Made by a program: the position numbers and the translations under genes. The notes below the pieces were generated by a model, which was not told the DNA's origin, did not search any database, and worked only from the letters and a program-made list of their open reading frames with translations. DNA of 63,850 nt, filler included, from Phoronis australis (lineage: Eukaryota; Animalia; Phoronida), in assembly GCA_002633005.1 (NCBI GenBank). It is 5 parts of 5 records of this genome, joined end to end, with 100 filler letters (N's around TTAATTAATTAA, not from the genome) between each part and the next. Parts side by side here need not be neighbours in the genome. Positions count along the whole stretch, not along the records: positions 1 to 19,115 come from NMRA01001452.1; positions 19,216 to 47,583 come from NMRA01000546.1; 3 more parts are not named here. One strand, written 5' to 3'. Each line of letters begins with the position of its first letter. Position 1 is the first letter of the stretch. Below are positions 14,431 to 28,800 of the stretch, in pieces.

Positions 14431-16299
14431 CAGACATCAACAAGGTTAGTGAGACCCTAAGGCGAGGAACCGGAGGGTCAGGAGAACGGTTTATAAAGCG
14501 GAGGTAACGACGAGTTGATGTGGTATTGGTTCAGGTTGAGTAGATTCAAAATAAAAAATATAGTAGACACTGGTGACCTAAAGTCGTGAATATAAGCATA
14601 AAAAGCAGATGATTGTCATACTACCCGATATCCGTTAGCAACTGCTCATGTGATTTCACGGACATTTATCAGCCTTCACAAATATACGTGTTTTGTCAAT
14701 CTTAACCCTTGTTTGTCTTCGTAAACAAAGTTTTGAAACGGTTGTTGATAACGTCGGCCATTTTGAATGAGGCCCTAAAGTCGTGACCGTTTCATTTAGA
14801 CGGAAATGCACGGAGTGAGACCACACAAATCAACTACAGTACTTACAGTTACATGTACTCTAGACGACATAAAAACGCAATGCATTGTTTATTAATTCAG
14901 TTTCAATTGAAGCAAACTGCTATGTGTTTTGCACACAACTCCGATGTACACAGACGTTTTCAATGAGGTTATTTACGTAAAACGCTAAGAACCCAGCATC
15001 TATCTGTATTTTGTTGCTTTGGCCTTACCAAACTTTATCGACCCTGGACATATTGATACATTGTTCAAACCACCACTGAAGCGCTTCTTACAGCACGTCT
15101 GAACGATACCGAAAATACAATCTGAAAATGCATAAAATAGTGGATTAGTGAAATGTGCTGTTTTAAGATACATGTACATTTAACACCCTCTCATTTGAAA
15201 TGAGCTTTTCTCAAATACATGTAAATGAGCTTCGAAAAAAGGACTTAAATTGAATACTTAATAAGATATTTCCCAGACAATACCACACTTGCAAATTCAT
15301 TATCCTATATATATCTATAGGGTATACCACTAGCGTCATTCGTTTGAATGGTCTAACCTGACGTCATTGGTTTGTAAAAGGTCACGCACTTTCTTAATTT
15401 CGGAAGAGGTGCATTCCACGGTATTTGTGCCGTGGACTTAACAAATTCAAATCACCCTTTAAACTTTCATTTTGATGTTTACACATAGTTTAATCATTGA
15501 ATTTTGTTGTCTGCAGGTCCATTTTCTATTAGTCTTAGAAATTGTGCTTTTATCGGAAGGTTTATCTCTAATTTGTAAAACTGTGTGTTACAGATGTGAC
15601 ATAACTTTTTTCATAATTTTTTTTCTACACACGTGAAGAAATTAATGCTAAAACTGTTTTAATAAATCATTTACTACACAAGGAGTATACTAACAGTTGA
15701 AACTACCTGATTTTTTGATAATTAGTATTTCTAATTAAACTTTTGAATTAGTGAAAGTCACATCTGTAACATGTAAGTAACAAAATTTGTGATTTTAGGA
15801 AAAAAGTAAATTAATTTGAACACAATTTTATTTCCTTTTTATTCACCCTAACTAACATAATTGAGCAAAATTTCTCAAGGATATCTCAATCCTTTTCCCA
15901 AAAAAATCAAAAAACATTTTAAGTCACATCTGTAACAGTAAGAAATGTGACCATCTTTCACAGCCACAAACTAAAGATTTCCATTTTAGGACTTAATTTC
16001 TAAGAGGTGCATGACCAATTTGAACAAATATCTAGGAAGAATTGCTAAAACCACTGTTAATCATCTCCTGTGTCAAGAACTCCCCGTTTAGCGATAGTTC
16101 AAGGCTAACGTTGACACACACTGTGGTGAAGAATATATGCACTGAAAGTCCTCCTCATTCACCACAGCCACCAGCTGAAAATCCACAAACTTCACACGAA
16201 GCACCAGCTGAAATCCGCCCAATTCACCAGGGGCATATCCTCCTTCATCAGAGGCTCTGATCAGTGTTTTTTCGGTCAGTGATTATGTGATTGTTGAAT

Positions 16300-17180
16300 T
16301 CAGAGGTATTCGTTTCAAGCAAGGTGTTCCATCAAAACTGGAATTATGGTGTAAAGCAAATATCCCAGAGTCAAAAACGTTCTACCGCACCTTCAAAACA
16401 GCTAACCAGCCCGAAAAACATAAACCCCGGCCTCTAAGACAGAAACCCTGGGGATCGGACAAAACACCTCCGGCCGAAACACCACTCCCTACTTGCTTTC
16501 CAACATTGTTTGTCACAAGAAAATAGTGCCTTAGTACCTTTAAAGGACTCTGTGTTCATACGAGGTGTATCAATTTCACATTTTGGTGAAACGATAAATC
16601 TTCCTATTTTAAAGAGTTGATGTGATATGTTGTTTTAGACGACTTATGACCGACCTGTAGCAATACAAGTGTTGATAATTAAATCGCGGACGTGTACAGT
16701 GTACTAGACACGGTGAACAATGGAAGATGGCATGTGCTTGTGTGGTGGACGCCACAACGGTCACAGAATTCAGAAGAATGATGTACCACAAAAGCTTGTG
16801 AATGCGTCGAGTTCAGAAATTCCGATTCCAAATTTAGGGAACATTGAGGAGTTGAAGTACTCTTTTTGAGGACAAGAACAGTAAATTTGGTGACCACAAA
16901 TTTTCAAGCAACAAGTCAATATAACATAAGTTGCGTTTTGTTATTTTCAATCTTTAACAAATGCAGAAAACAAATGGAAAGTACTTGAAAATGCTCAGTT
17001 TGAGGCTGTCGAAGTTATTTGAAAAATTGTCTAGGTTCCCTGTTCGATCACTGGGGTTCGTGTTTTAAATGCCTAGGTTTGTGTTTTTTTTGGGCTGGTT
17101 AGCTGTGTTGACTCCAGGATAAACTGTTTTACACTAGGATTCCAATTTCAATGGAACAATTGCGTCCTAGGAGCTCATAC
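16300..17180. mobile_element. Old foldback/TIR element with diverged long inverted repeats
   Basis: tgttccatcaaaactggaat...cagctaaccagcccgaaaaacataaacc (~16325-16425) is mirrored by gtttgtgttttttttgggctggttagctg...attccaatttcaatggaaca (~17077-17158). Confidence 0.65.
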
Positions 17181-18425
17181 GTTGCACAAACCATGATGGT
17201 TGAAAGAGATGTCAATCAACAATTTCCACATAGGCGGGTAAATCATAATCAAGGTCCAAATTTGAAAGTTGACAGGTTACTTGCTAAAATAATTTTTTGT
17301 CACTTGCTGAATGCCAACTGAATCTCATAAGCACAAAAGTTTATTTAGTTGAGCAAATTAAAAAAGATTTGTCAAAATCGGACAGTATTTGAGAAATTTA
17401 TACACTTTTTTGTGTAAATTTCTTGCATTTTTAGCGTTACGGGTTGCCATTTTGAAAATTCCAATTTTCCACTGTGAGGAGTAGAAAAACTCATTTTGTT
17501 AAGTAAACAATTATTTTGATATGACTAGGAACAACTCGAGTCACTGTCAGAATCACTTAGATGAAGTTGTGCTCAGTCATTGAGAAATGATAGGGTTCAT
17601 CCTAAAACAGGAACTTATTACGAAATTTGTAAATGCTGTGTTTCTAACCCTCATCTACCGTAAAAAAGGTTAAGAAGAAAAGTTCTCCCTCTGTAAATTA
17701 CAGCAAATTATTCAATATGCTAACCAACCAAAAGTTTAGGTTTTTGCTATGTTGGAAAAGGACCAAAAAGGCCACCTAACAAAATGTAGTGCATGTATCC
17801 AAGTGAAATTCAGTAACAAAAATGGTGATTGCAAATAAAATTGCCTTTTAAATAACAACATGGTGCTTACTATCATCAAAGAAAAAATGAATGGCCATAC
17901 AACATTATGTTACCTGACGTGTCATTGAAATTTATCGTAATCTATTTTGCCCGGGGTACGCCACGAGCTATGTTGCAGAGTAAAACAAGAGGAGGATTGC
18001 GAATGTTTCGGAGGAACGTAAATTGTCAACATCGCCGGGGCATCTGGGACAGCGGGACAGCGTGGTGGGATTTTTAATGGCGTCTCGTGGTAGTGTTAAG
18101 CGTGGCGACAAATACTACCGCTCTGCAGCCAAAAATGTGTGGGTTGGGAGTGGACGGGCGAGCTAAAAGGACGCAAACGCATGCTAGTGATGGTGATAAG
18201 GTTTTTTTTTATAGTCCTCCCTATTTTTGTCGCGGAAAGGTTCACATTGACCAATTCAAGGCTGGTTATCGGGCATGATTTGGGCCGTAAAAGTTTCAAA
18301 GTTTCCGCGTTTTTTGTCACTGGTCATTCCAAGCACTGATTAAGTATTTTGGTGGTGGATAAGCTGTTTATGGTGCATGGAAGATCAGGCAAACAAGGTT
18401 GCGATTTTAGGTTTGTAGCTGATGA

Positions 18426-19115
<690 letters not shown>

Positions 19116-19215
19116 NNNNNNNNNNNNNNNNNNNNNNNNNNNNNNNNNNNNNNNNNNNNTTAATTAATTAANNNNNNNNNNNNNNNNNNNNNNNNNNNNN
19201 NNNNNNNNNNNNNNN
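19116..19215. other. Artificial contig-join spacer N44-TTAATTAATTAA-N44 (also 47584-47683, 55313-55412, 62106-62205)
   Basis: The identical 100-nt spacer containing a six-frame stop linker occurs four times. Confidence 0.98.
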
Positions 19216-19804
19216 GTACTTGAAAATGAGTACAACAGGAAACAATACTTAACATACACAGGAAATATGAATGATTGCGTCTGCAGTAACAACCTGAATT
19301 ATCATTTTTATTGAGTTTTCACTTAACGAATATCATTCAGTGATCTTTGGATTAGTAACAAAATAACGGCCCTCAAACAGAGCTGACATAATTAATCCAT
19401 TCCTCCGGTTTAATGTTGTTTTTTACGGATTTCTTCTTAATATTAAATGTGCGTCAGAATTTTTGCTGTCTTCAGTCTTCACAGCTGACTTTAAGTTTAT
19501 GTGGTGTTTCCTGTTACACTCTAACCGTATCACTTTTTAATTTTCCATAATTCCTTCTAGCTTATACATATATAATTTAACTAAAGCTTCCTCTCAGTAT
19601 TCCAGCACTGAATCTAAAATTACTTCATTTTTGCCTAACAACAGGTCTCATTTACCTTCATTCAGCGTCAAATCATACGTGGAAACAAAGTGGAATGTGC
19701 AATATGTTTACTTTGGGCTTAAACATGTCGGCTACACACGATTCAAAGGTATACCAAACTTTAAAAGTGAGTTCGATTAAAAGATATTCGAAATTTACTT
19801 CCAG

Positions 19805-22800
19805 AAACACTTGGAACTGGAACCACAAAGGCAGGACTGTGCTGTTGAAGTTCTACCACGTGCACTGGAAGGAACAACCGCTGATTCATCCTACCAAATT
19901 TTGCAAGCGAGTGCTGGTCCGGCTGAAAAACATGTTGGCACAGTACTCGAAAGCTTTAGCAAATCAAAAGGCAATACCAACACAGAGGGTGAAGTGCACC
20001 AAAAAGTCGAAGTAAGCGAAATTCCCTAAAAGACGACGAGTTTGTTTTTACTTGGCCAAATAAATTTCTCTAAGTAAGTTGCTTTGCCATCAATGTTGAT
20101 TTCATGGTGCTTCGACACTATTTTTCGTTCTTTTTATGCGCCAACATATTAATTTCATTTGTGCACGCATTATGCCGTCATTTCCGTCCGACGTCCGTCC
20201 GGCATCAGGAGTCCGGCGTCTGTTGCTTTGTCTCCAAAACCTTTTGAGGTATGTTCATGAAATTGTGCACGTGTTTCTTTCATGGATGGAACGGCATGAG
20301 CGAAACTTTCGGACGGTTCTGAATACCGGTGCGGAGGCTCTTTATTAAGATTAATAAGTGTATGAATATGATGTTGACAATGGACGAATACCGGTGACCA
20401 CCCTACTGGCAATTTTAGGTTTTTACACTTACGTCTGTATCTTTAAAGCTCCTAAACGTATTTTCGTAAAATTCGTCGTAGTCTGGGGCACCTATTAACA
20501 AATTTACTGTTTTTGCGTCAATTTTTTTGGCGTCCATTCCTCTACCAACCACACCGCTTTCAGGATGATTGTGTGATTGTGAAAATTGGCATGTATGTTT
20601 CTACTATGAAGAGTACGGCTTACGGTGACTTTCCGACGACTTTGGTTTCTGTGGGTCCTGCTGGTGGCAGTTTCGTTTTTTGCGCCTATGCCTGTACACT
20701 AAATCGTTTGCATTTTATTTATTATTTTTTCAAGTGTATTTATATGATACTGTCTACGGACGACGTCTCTTTTAGGAAAGATCTGACAACCACTTTGCCC
20801 CTTGTGGCAATTTTATGTTTTTGCGTTAACTATGTATCTTCAAAAGTCCTCAACGGATTTTCACAAAATTTTAAATATGAGCATAATATTGGTTAGGTGA
20901 CACTATCCTCACGTTGTCGGAAAGAACTGCTATATTTTTCGGCATGTAGTGGGCAAATTTATTGTTTTCGGGTCTGTTTTCGCAGCCATGTCTCTGTCAA
21001 CCAAGCCCCTCAGGAGATGGTTTTGAAAATTAAGGTACATCTTCTCAGTTTAATGAGGATGGCTGACAATGAGAACTTGCATACTGTGGCACCTCCTAGT
21101 GGTAGATTTGTTTTGTTTAGCGCCCAATACAGAATATTTATTTTATTTAGTAAGTGATGCCCCACAGCGACTTTCAGGCGGTTCTGAGAAATAATGTGTC
21201 CCCTAGTCGCTATTTTATTTTTTCATGTTTTCTTTTGCCTGTTTTGTAGTTTCTCGTTAGATTTTCTTTGAAATGTGGTGACAAATCTTTCTTTTTTTTT
21301 AACTTTTGCACCGTCAAGTGGCCATTTATAAAGTACAAAAACAATCATAAAAGTACACCAGTTGCGGCGCATGCGTGGCCGCATTTAAACTCTCCCACTC
21401 GCTCTTGTTTTTGTTTGTCCGGACTCCACATTGTACAGGTTGCATTTGTAGACTGATTCGTATGGAGTCTTCACAAAACCGTTAGTAGTAGTAGAAGCCT
21501 GCTGTTTTTGGTAATTTTTGAATTCAAATGGCAGACATGGCCTCCATTTTGTTTTAGAATTCAGGTTCAACTGCTCATAGAGACCGTAATTTTTGACGTA
21601 GGCAATTGAAAAATGGCACATTTAATGTTGCTAACGTGTAATTAAAGGACACTGGAAATCATTTACTTCAGGTCAAAGATAACGGAAATATCGACCGTTG
21701 CGCATGCGACCCTCAATTTTGGACAAGAATGTTTTGTCCTGTAGAATGTGCATTTCAGGACCAATTTCTTCCAAATACTTCATGTTGAAGTTTCCTGTCG
21801 GATCTCGCGCATTTTCATCCATTTTTAACCCTCCTGCCGATTTTTATGAAAAGGGTAAATGATTGGCAACAATGTACTCTCAAACTTACTGGTTTTGAGC
21901 TATTATACTTTGAATTTCAAAATATTGGAAAATTTGAAAATTTTATGGACTTTTGTTGAACTAATACATCAGATAGAATTTTGAATGTTGTTTTTCATTT
22001 TTCGCACTTTTTGAATTATTTGAGATTTTCATTTGTCTAATGATTTTGTTGCAGTTTTGGTGGTTGTTGTGTATCTTACTTTGTCAAATAAAGTAGACAC
22101 TCCATTAACTATGCAGTGAAACGAACAGAATTGAACTGAACACTGAACTGATTTATTCTACATTTCACCACAATATATATACACACAACTACATAACAAC
22201 ATATGATGGGTTACCTATGGCACACTTCCTATACTAGGAATCGCATGACATAATGCCAATTAAACTACTGAACTCATAAACAATAACAACCTACAAACAT
22301 CCTGTTATCGTGTGACTAAGTACACAACAGTGGTCTACCTTGCAATGAACAAGACTATAGCATATTTCTTGACAGCTTCTTTCGGCCTATGAATGTTATC
22401 GCATCTTCAATCATCATCACCATCGTCATCATCATCTGCATTGGGGTATTTTTTGTTAATGTCACCAAGTGTCGCTTCTCCGAACGCATGCATTTAATGT
22501 TACTTAATACAATAATACAGTTCATTATATCTCACACATGTCACCGTTCTATGGGTTCAAACATTCTACCGCCTTATCTTCTTGCTGTGTCCCATCAAAC
22601 ACTTTTTTCTATTTTGCTCCTGTTTTTTATTTGTCCATCATAAATACAAGTATATCTATGTTTCCAGCAAAATGAAACTGCTTTTGACGTTTGCGAAGGA
22701 CACCGTGGCATCGGCTATATTGAGAGAATGAAGAATATATTTGAAGTACCCAATAAATAACTGTGCAATGGTAAATAATAGGCTAATATCATCTGGTCAC

Positions 22801-24858
22801 ATTTTTATAAACTGGCGCCATCTGTTTGACAACTGATCTGCTTAAGCGTCAGTTGAAGTTTTGTTCAGTACAATAAGCAAATTCTTATTAGGACCACAGT
22901 ACCTTTTTTGTAAAATTGCTTCCAACTTGTTCTACACTTGGATGAGGAATTAATTTTGACTTCGCACGGAGCTGATCTTTTGTTGATCGACAATACCACG
23001 ATATGACTGCGTAAAATATCACGTCGTGAAAAGCTAGCTTGTAGAGCCTGGCCTTAAACCAATTACCGTCAGAGTTCTTTTGAAGCCAGTCACATTCAAA
23101 ATGTCTAAGTAACAGTTTACTCCCCAGTATGGCTGGCTGCTGTACTTCAGCGTATTTTGGTTAGCACGTTGTACTCTACGGACAGTCAGATTGAAACATA
23201 TCTGAAACACACTTCCAGAAAAACATGGAAGTGGAACAACAAAGACAAGGTTGTGGGGTTGAAGGTGTACCACCTGCCTCTGGAGGAGCGACCACGTTTT
23301 CACATGACCAAACTTTAGGTGGGAGTGCTGTTCCGACTGAGGAACAGTTTATAGCAGCAGGCCAACTTGAAGCTTTTAACAAGTCAACGGGTCTTGTGCC
23401 GATCTGACTACCACTGTGCTAATGGCTATTTGATTTTGTTTACGTTTGCTTCTGTATCTTTGTTCTTCTTGACGGATTTTACTAAAGTCGGCAACTAGGT
23501 TTCTATTTGGGGGACGACGACACTTTGTCACTGTCTGATGCATTTGCTGTTTCCGGCCTGTCCAAGTAGCTATTTTTATTTTTGAGTTCGTTTTTGTGGC
23601 CCGCTTTTCTTGGCGCCAAACTGCTCTAAGGGTAAAATTGCAATTTGATATATTTGTTCCTGTTGATAGAACTACAGTGGATGTTGATTTTCTGTAGCTG
23701 CCTACAGTTGTGCACTCAGGTAGAAAATGTATGGTTTTTCTTTTAGACATTTATGTTCGACGAATTTTAATGGAAGTTTTTTTTTATTACATTTTATTAA
23801 GGACACACACAGAGGTAATTTTACTCCAGTTGGATTCAAGGGATTGGCGCTGCCTATTGATCATGTTTACGATTTCGAGTCTCCATTTTGACATCCGACT
23901 CTCTAGCCGCCAAACCGGCTTAAGGGTCGTTAGAAACATTGCAGGAGACACGTCCCAGCTTTTATTACGATAGATGGCGTTGGTTTTCGAATGGGCTTTT
24001 TGCTGTGACACTCCTTATTGCCACCATTATTGTTTATTGAAAATCTATGGCCTTAGTGTTTTCATATCAACGTTACAACAGATAATCACGACATTTGCAA
24101 CGATTTGACCAAGGTTGTGCTGCCCAGTGGGAACTTTTTATTTATCGTTTGCCTCTGTATCATGATGCGCTCTTTACTTCTTTCATGACATTTGGTAAAC
24201 ATGTTTCTATTATAGTGACATTAGCGCCATTCTACCCTCGCGGCCAAATTCATTATTCTTAAGTCATCATGTTTCCTATTCTTCATCTCGGGATCATTGT
24301 GAAAGTCGGCACCTGTATGTGATCTGATTGATCAGAGCATGACTGTCAGCACCCTCTGTTGGAATTGGTTACATCTGCAGCTGCATCTCGATAACTCCTT
24401 GCAGCACCATTGTAAGATCTGTCAAGTGTATTCCATTGCCTTTTGAAGGTGATGACTATTTCTTTCGGAACATTAAGCCTGTCACAGCGACACCTATTAT
24501 CAATATGTATTTTACGTTCATCACTTTCTCTTTGGAGATTTTCTTGCGGATTTTCATGAAATTCGGCTACTAGCGGTCTATTTACAGTATCAACAGCTGG
24601 TTCTATTTTTGAACGTTTTGTTACATTCTATGCCATCTATCTGTCTTTCATAATAATAAAGATCCCTTAAAGCATATATATAGAATGCAGACGATGGGCT
24701 TCATTCAACGTTTCACATTGCTCTTGTTTGTATATTAAAGAATTCATGCGAAAAAGAGGAAAACAGAGATAGGTGCAACAGCGCTCAATCCACCAACGAT
24801 GCGAAAGTACCTACTGTTTATCCTGATGTGGAAGAATTTGACGACATGGAGGGTCAAT
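19805..24858 (+). CDS. Probable upstream exons of the caspase gene (19805-20011, 23219-23390, ~24691-24858) encoding a low-complexity, disordered N-terminal region
   Basis: TTCCAG acceptors precede 19805 and 23219, GTAAGC donors lie at 20012 and 24859, and the phases can be chained (0-0, 0-1, 1-1) into the 25865 exon. The donor at 23391 (GTCTTG) and the acceptor near 24691 are weak. Confidence 0.5.
20130..21220 (+). mobile_element. Helentron-associated (HINE/DINE-like) interspersed repeat, probable
   Basis: Begins in a T-run (tttttatgcgcc) followed by a CCGT/GTCC microsatellite (ccgtccgacgtccgtccgg) and degenerate internal repeats of 'tcatgaaatt/gtgaaaattgg/ttcacaaaatt' type. A similar start occurs at ~30280-30480. 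Confidence 0.45.
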
Positions 24859-24921
24859 GTAAGCGCTGTTTAGTAAATAAATATGTTTAAAGTCTCTATT
24901 GATGGTTGTACATGGCCTGCT

Positions 24922-25030
24922 GCTGTCGTGGGTGTCAAGGCTCACCATGGCATTGTTATCAATTGGATTGTCGTGGGTGAGCCTCGGGCCATGGCATTGT
25001 TATCAATAGGGCTGTCGTGGGTGTCAAAGC
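24922..25030 (+). repeat. Short ~44-bp tandem repeat, ~2.5 copies
   Basis: tgtcgtgggtg occurs three times and ccatggcattgttatcaat twice. Confidence 0.75.
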
Positions 25031-25864
25031 TTAATGGGAATAGTGTTGTCTCAGAACACCAAAAGGTACACCTGTAGTACTCAGATATGGTGGGTTTTTG
25101 TACACCCTGTGACCAGAGCTGTCGCTTATTATGACAGTGGTGACTAATTAAACATGGCATTACCTGGTCAAAACCGTTGTGGTTGGTGACGTAATGCGAT
25201 GTAATTAATGTTCAATTCACAAACAGAAATATTCAACAACTGATCTTCATATACATGTACACCGACTTTCATTAATCGGTGCACTTCTGTAGTAATAACA
25301 ACGTAGTTAATGCTACTGCTAAGTTATTATTATGATCATTTCTGATCACGCTACTCCTGTATCAATTGATGATTTTAAAAGGTAAACAAGATTATGTTCA
25401 ATAATCCATGTAAACATCTAAATTTCCGGATGTGGAGCAAAGTCTGTGAACTTTAAAGTTTTCTTATTAAAATATTGTGGACACTTTGTGACTCGCACAT
25501 TCATTTCAAAACAAAAACGACGTTTAGTTCATTATGCATGCTCCTATCATTGGAAGTTTCCTTCAATCAGTTGTCAACGATCCTATTTTTGTGGACCAAT
25601 TCACACAGCGCCATCTTCTCGTGCACGTGTCAGTGCACTTCATCAGATATTGCGTAACCGAATTCTCTTTTACTTTGCCATCTTGTCAAGTTCACCTGTT
25701 GTCTTAACATTTGCACTTGTAGTCCATTTAGACAAAATCGTGTGGCCAGATGGAAATAAAGTTGTCAACATTGATATCTCACTCTGTCGGTTAAATCATC
25801 GCCTGCTCAAAACATTCCGCTCAGAGTACATGTGCGCGCTATATTATTATGTAAAACATTTTAG

Positions 25865-28800
25865 GGACAACAGGACCATCTCACAATGTTCATGACGTCA
25901 TTGGCGTAAAAGTGAAGGCTCCGGACAACTGTATTGTCAAAGTCAGATATCAAAGCTTTTCAAGAATCATTCAAGACAAGTTCAATGAAGGTGAAGTCGT
26001 CATTCACCCACAGAACGTTTGTGTAAATCAAAATAATAGCCCAGAATTGTTGCAACCCTGCGACATTCGAATAAATGTGGAGTGGACACTAAAACAAATA
26101 CCTCAAGGGAGTCGTAGTCGTGGTAGTTTTCATGTTTTATTGACCGATCGTGATCAAGTGGATGATATCACAAACCAGTGTAACCCTCGCTTGGACGAAA
26201 ACGAGTTGATAATCACCTCTCGTGAGAAAGGTGAGCACTCAGCGGTATGGTGCCAACCTCAGAGAATCGGTGTAGTTATTTCCCTTATTCAAAACACGTT
26301 CAACTGCAGGTTGTGCTCTGTTGTTACACGTGAAGAGACAGGTATGAAATTCCAAGTAGTAATCCATGCTCAAAACGTAGTGTGCAGTGGTGAGTTCAGC
26401 CACAAGTGTGATAGCGATGCCCCGATGACAATGGTTGACGGAACTGAAATTAAGGTTATTGCGGAATTCTTGGACACAAAATCATCAAGAGTGGATCTTG
26501 GTTGCCTCAAAATCGACAAGAATTTGTGCGAAGGAACCGGAATATTGCATGAAAAATTTCAAGATGGATCAGGAAGTACCGATGGTTCAGCTAGTAGCAT
26601 TTTAATCGGAATGAACTTCTACTACAAAGAACAACGCATCAAGAGTCAGATAGTGAAGGTAAGCATACCACCACGTGTTTGTAACCTGACAGTATTCAAC
26701 ACTATGACATTGATAATGTGTGTAACTAGGTTTATGTAAGCGTGCTTTTGTAAACCGTAATGAGCGTATAACCATGACATTTATCTTGAGTAATTCGTAA
26801 ATGGTAGTGTATACGTTTGGTAGTACACTTTGAGTTCGGAGTTCAATGTGTGGTGTATACGTTTGGTAGTACACTTGGAGTTCCGAGTTCAATGTGTAGT
26901 GTATACGTTTGGTAGTACACTTGGAGCTCCTAGTTCAATGTGTACTTCATACGTTTGGTTGTACACTTGCAGCTCCGAGTTCAATGTGTGGTGTATACGT
27001 TTGGTAGTACACTTGGAGTTCCGAGTTCAATGTGTAGTGTATACGTTTGGTAGTACACTTGGAGTTCCGATTTCAATATGTAGTGTATACGTTTGGTAGT
27101 ACACTTGGAGTTACGAGTTCAATGTGAAGTGTATACGTTTGGTAGTACACTTGGAGTTCCGATTTCAATATGTAGTGTATACGTTTGGTAGTACACTTGG
27201 AGTTACGAGTTCAATGTGAAGTGTATACGTTTGGTAGTACACTTGGAGTTCCGATTTCAATATGTAGTGTATACGTTTGGTAGTACACTTGGAGTTACGA
27301 GTTCAATGTGAAGTGTATACGTTTGGTAGTACACTTGGAGTTCCGATTTCAATATGTAGTGTATACGTTTGGTAGTACACTTGGAGTTACGAGTTCAATG
27401 TGAAGTGTATACGTTTGGTAGTACACTTGGAGTTCCGATTTCAATATGTAGTGTATACGTTTGGTAGTACACTTGGAGTTACGAGTTCAATGTGAAGTGT
27501 ATACGTTTGGTAGTACACTTGGAGTTCCGATTTCAATATGTAGTGTATACGTTTGGTAGTACACTTGGAGTTACGAGTTCAATGTGAAGTGTATACGTTT
27601 GGTAGTACACTTGGAGTTCCGATTTCAATATGTAGTGTATACGTTTGGTAGTACACTTGGAGTTACGAGTTCAATGTGAAGTGTATACGTTTGGTAGTAC
27701 ACTTGGAGTTCCGATTTCAATATGTAGTGTATACGTTTGGTAGTACACTTGGAGTTACGAGTTCAATGTGAAGTGTATACGTTTGGTAGTACACTTGGAG
27801 TTCCGATTTCAATATGTAGTGTATACGTTTGGTAGTACACTTGGAGTTACGAGTTCAATGTGAAGTGTATACGTTTGGTAGTACACTTGGAGTTCCGAGT
27901 TCAATATGTGGTGTATACGTTTGGTGGTACACTTGGAGTTCCGAGCTCAATATGTGGTGTATACGTTTTTATGTACATGTCAACCGATACGGGAACTAAG
28001 TTTTGTTACGTATTTTGCCGATTCTATTCGAAAACGTTAGCATAACTTGGAGCTCTGTTTTCGATATAGAGTTCATACATGTATATGTAGATGTATTTGT
28101 ACATGTAGATATCAACCAATACGGGTATATTTTGCCGATTCTGTAATGCTATGGCGTAGCGCCAAAATAGGCATTTCCCAATGTTCATAATAAAGTTTTT
28201 GAACCTTCGCTTAGGCTTTTGCTGGCAGTTTTGTTTGTCGAAATAATCTAATATTACTAGTTTTGCTCTACATAGCCAATGGAGTAACCAAAGAAACACA
28301 CACAGAAAGTATATCTACAGTAAGAGCCTCTAATAGGCAAGTAGGTACACACAGTGTATATTTGGCTTAGTTTTCGTCAGTGTTATGGTTTGTTATGTTT
28401 TTTATGGTTAGAGCAAAATATGGTTGACATGCATGGAAGAATTACGGCTTTTTTATGTGTTATTTTAGGCTGTGCATTGATAGCGTAGCAGTGCTTGTTT
28501 GTGGTCCGCTGTTTCCCAATATTCGTTCATGTTACACATGTAGGTAAAGATTGATAAACGTCGTTGTGTTATACTGCAATGCGCGCATTTTAGTTGAGTT
28601 CTTGTTTATATTATCGGAGAACCCCTGTTTGTGCACAAACTTATTGAAGATATCGCTGTAATTATTCATATAATTGCAAGTCAGGCTCATTCATAAACCC
28701 AACTATCCACAGCAATTCTATATATATATATATATATATATGTGCACGTCATGTTCATTCATAAACGCATTATCCCCACCAATTCTTTATGTAAGTGCAC

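Noticed and set aside
25912-26739. 275-aa ORF as a stand-alone single-exon gene
   Set aside because: It starts at GTG, has an acceptor at 25864 and a strong in-phase AAG|GTAAGC donor at 26658, so it is better explained as an internal exon.
26807-27968. CRISPR-like appearance (constant ~30-bp hairpin part plus a variable part)
   Set aside because: The variable parts are 16-bp variants of one sequence, not unique spacers. There are no cas genes and the context is a eukaryotic intron.
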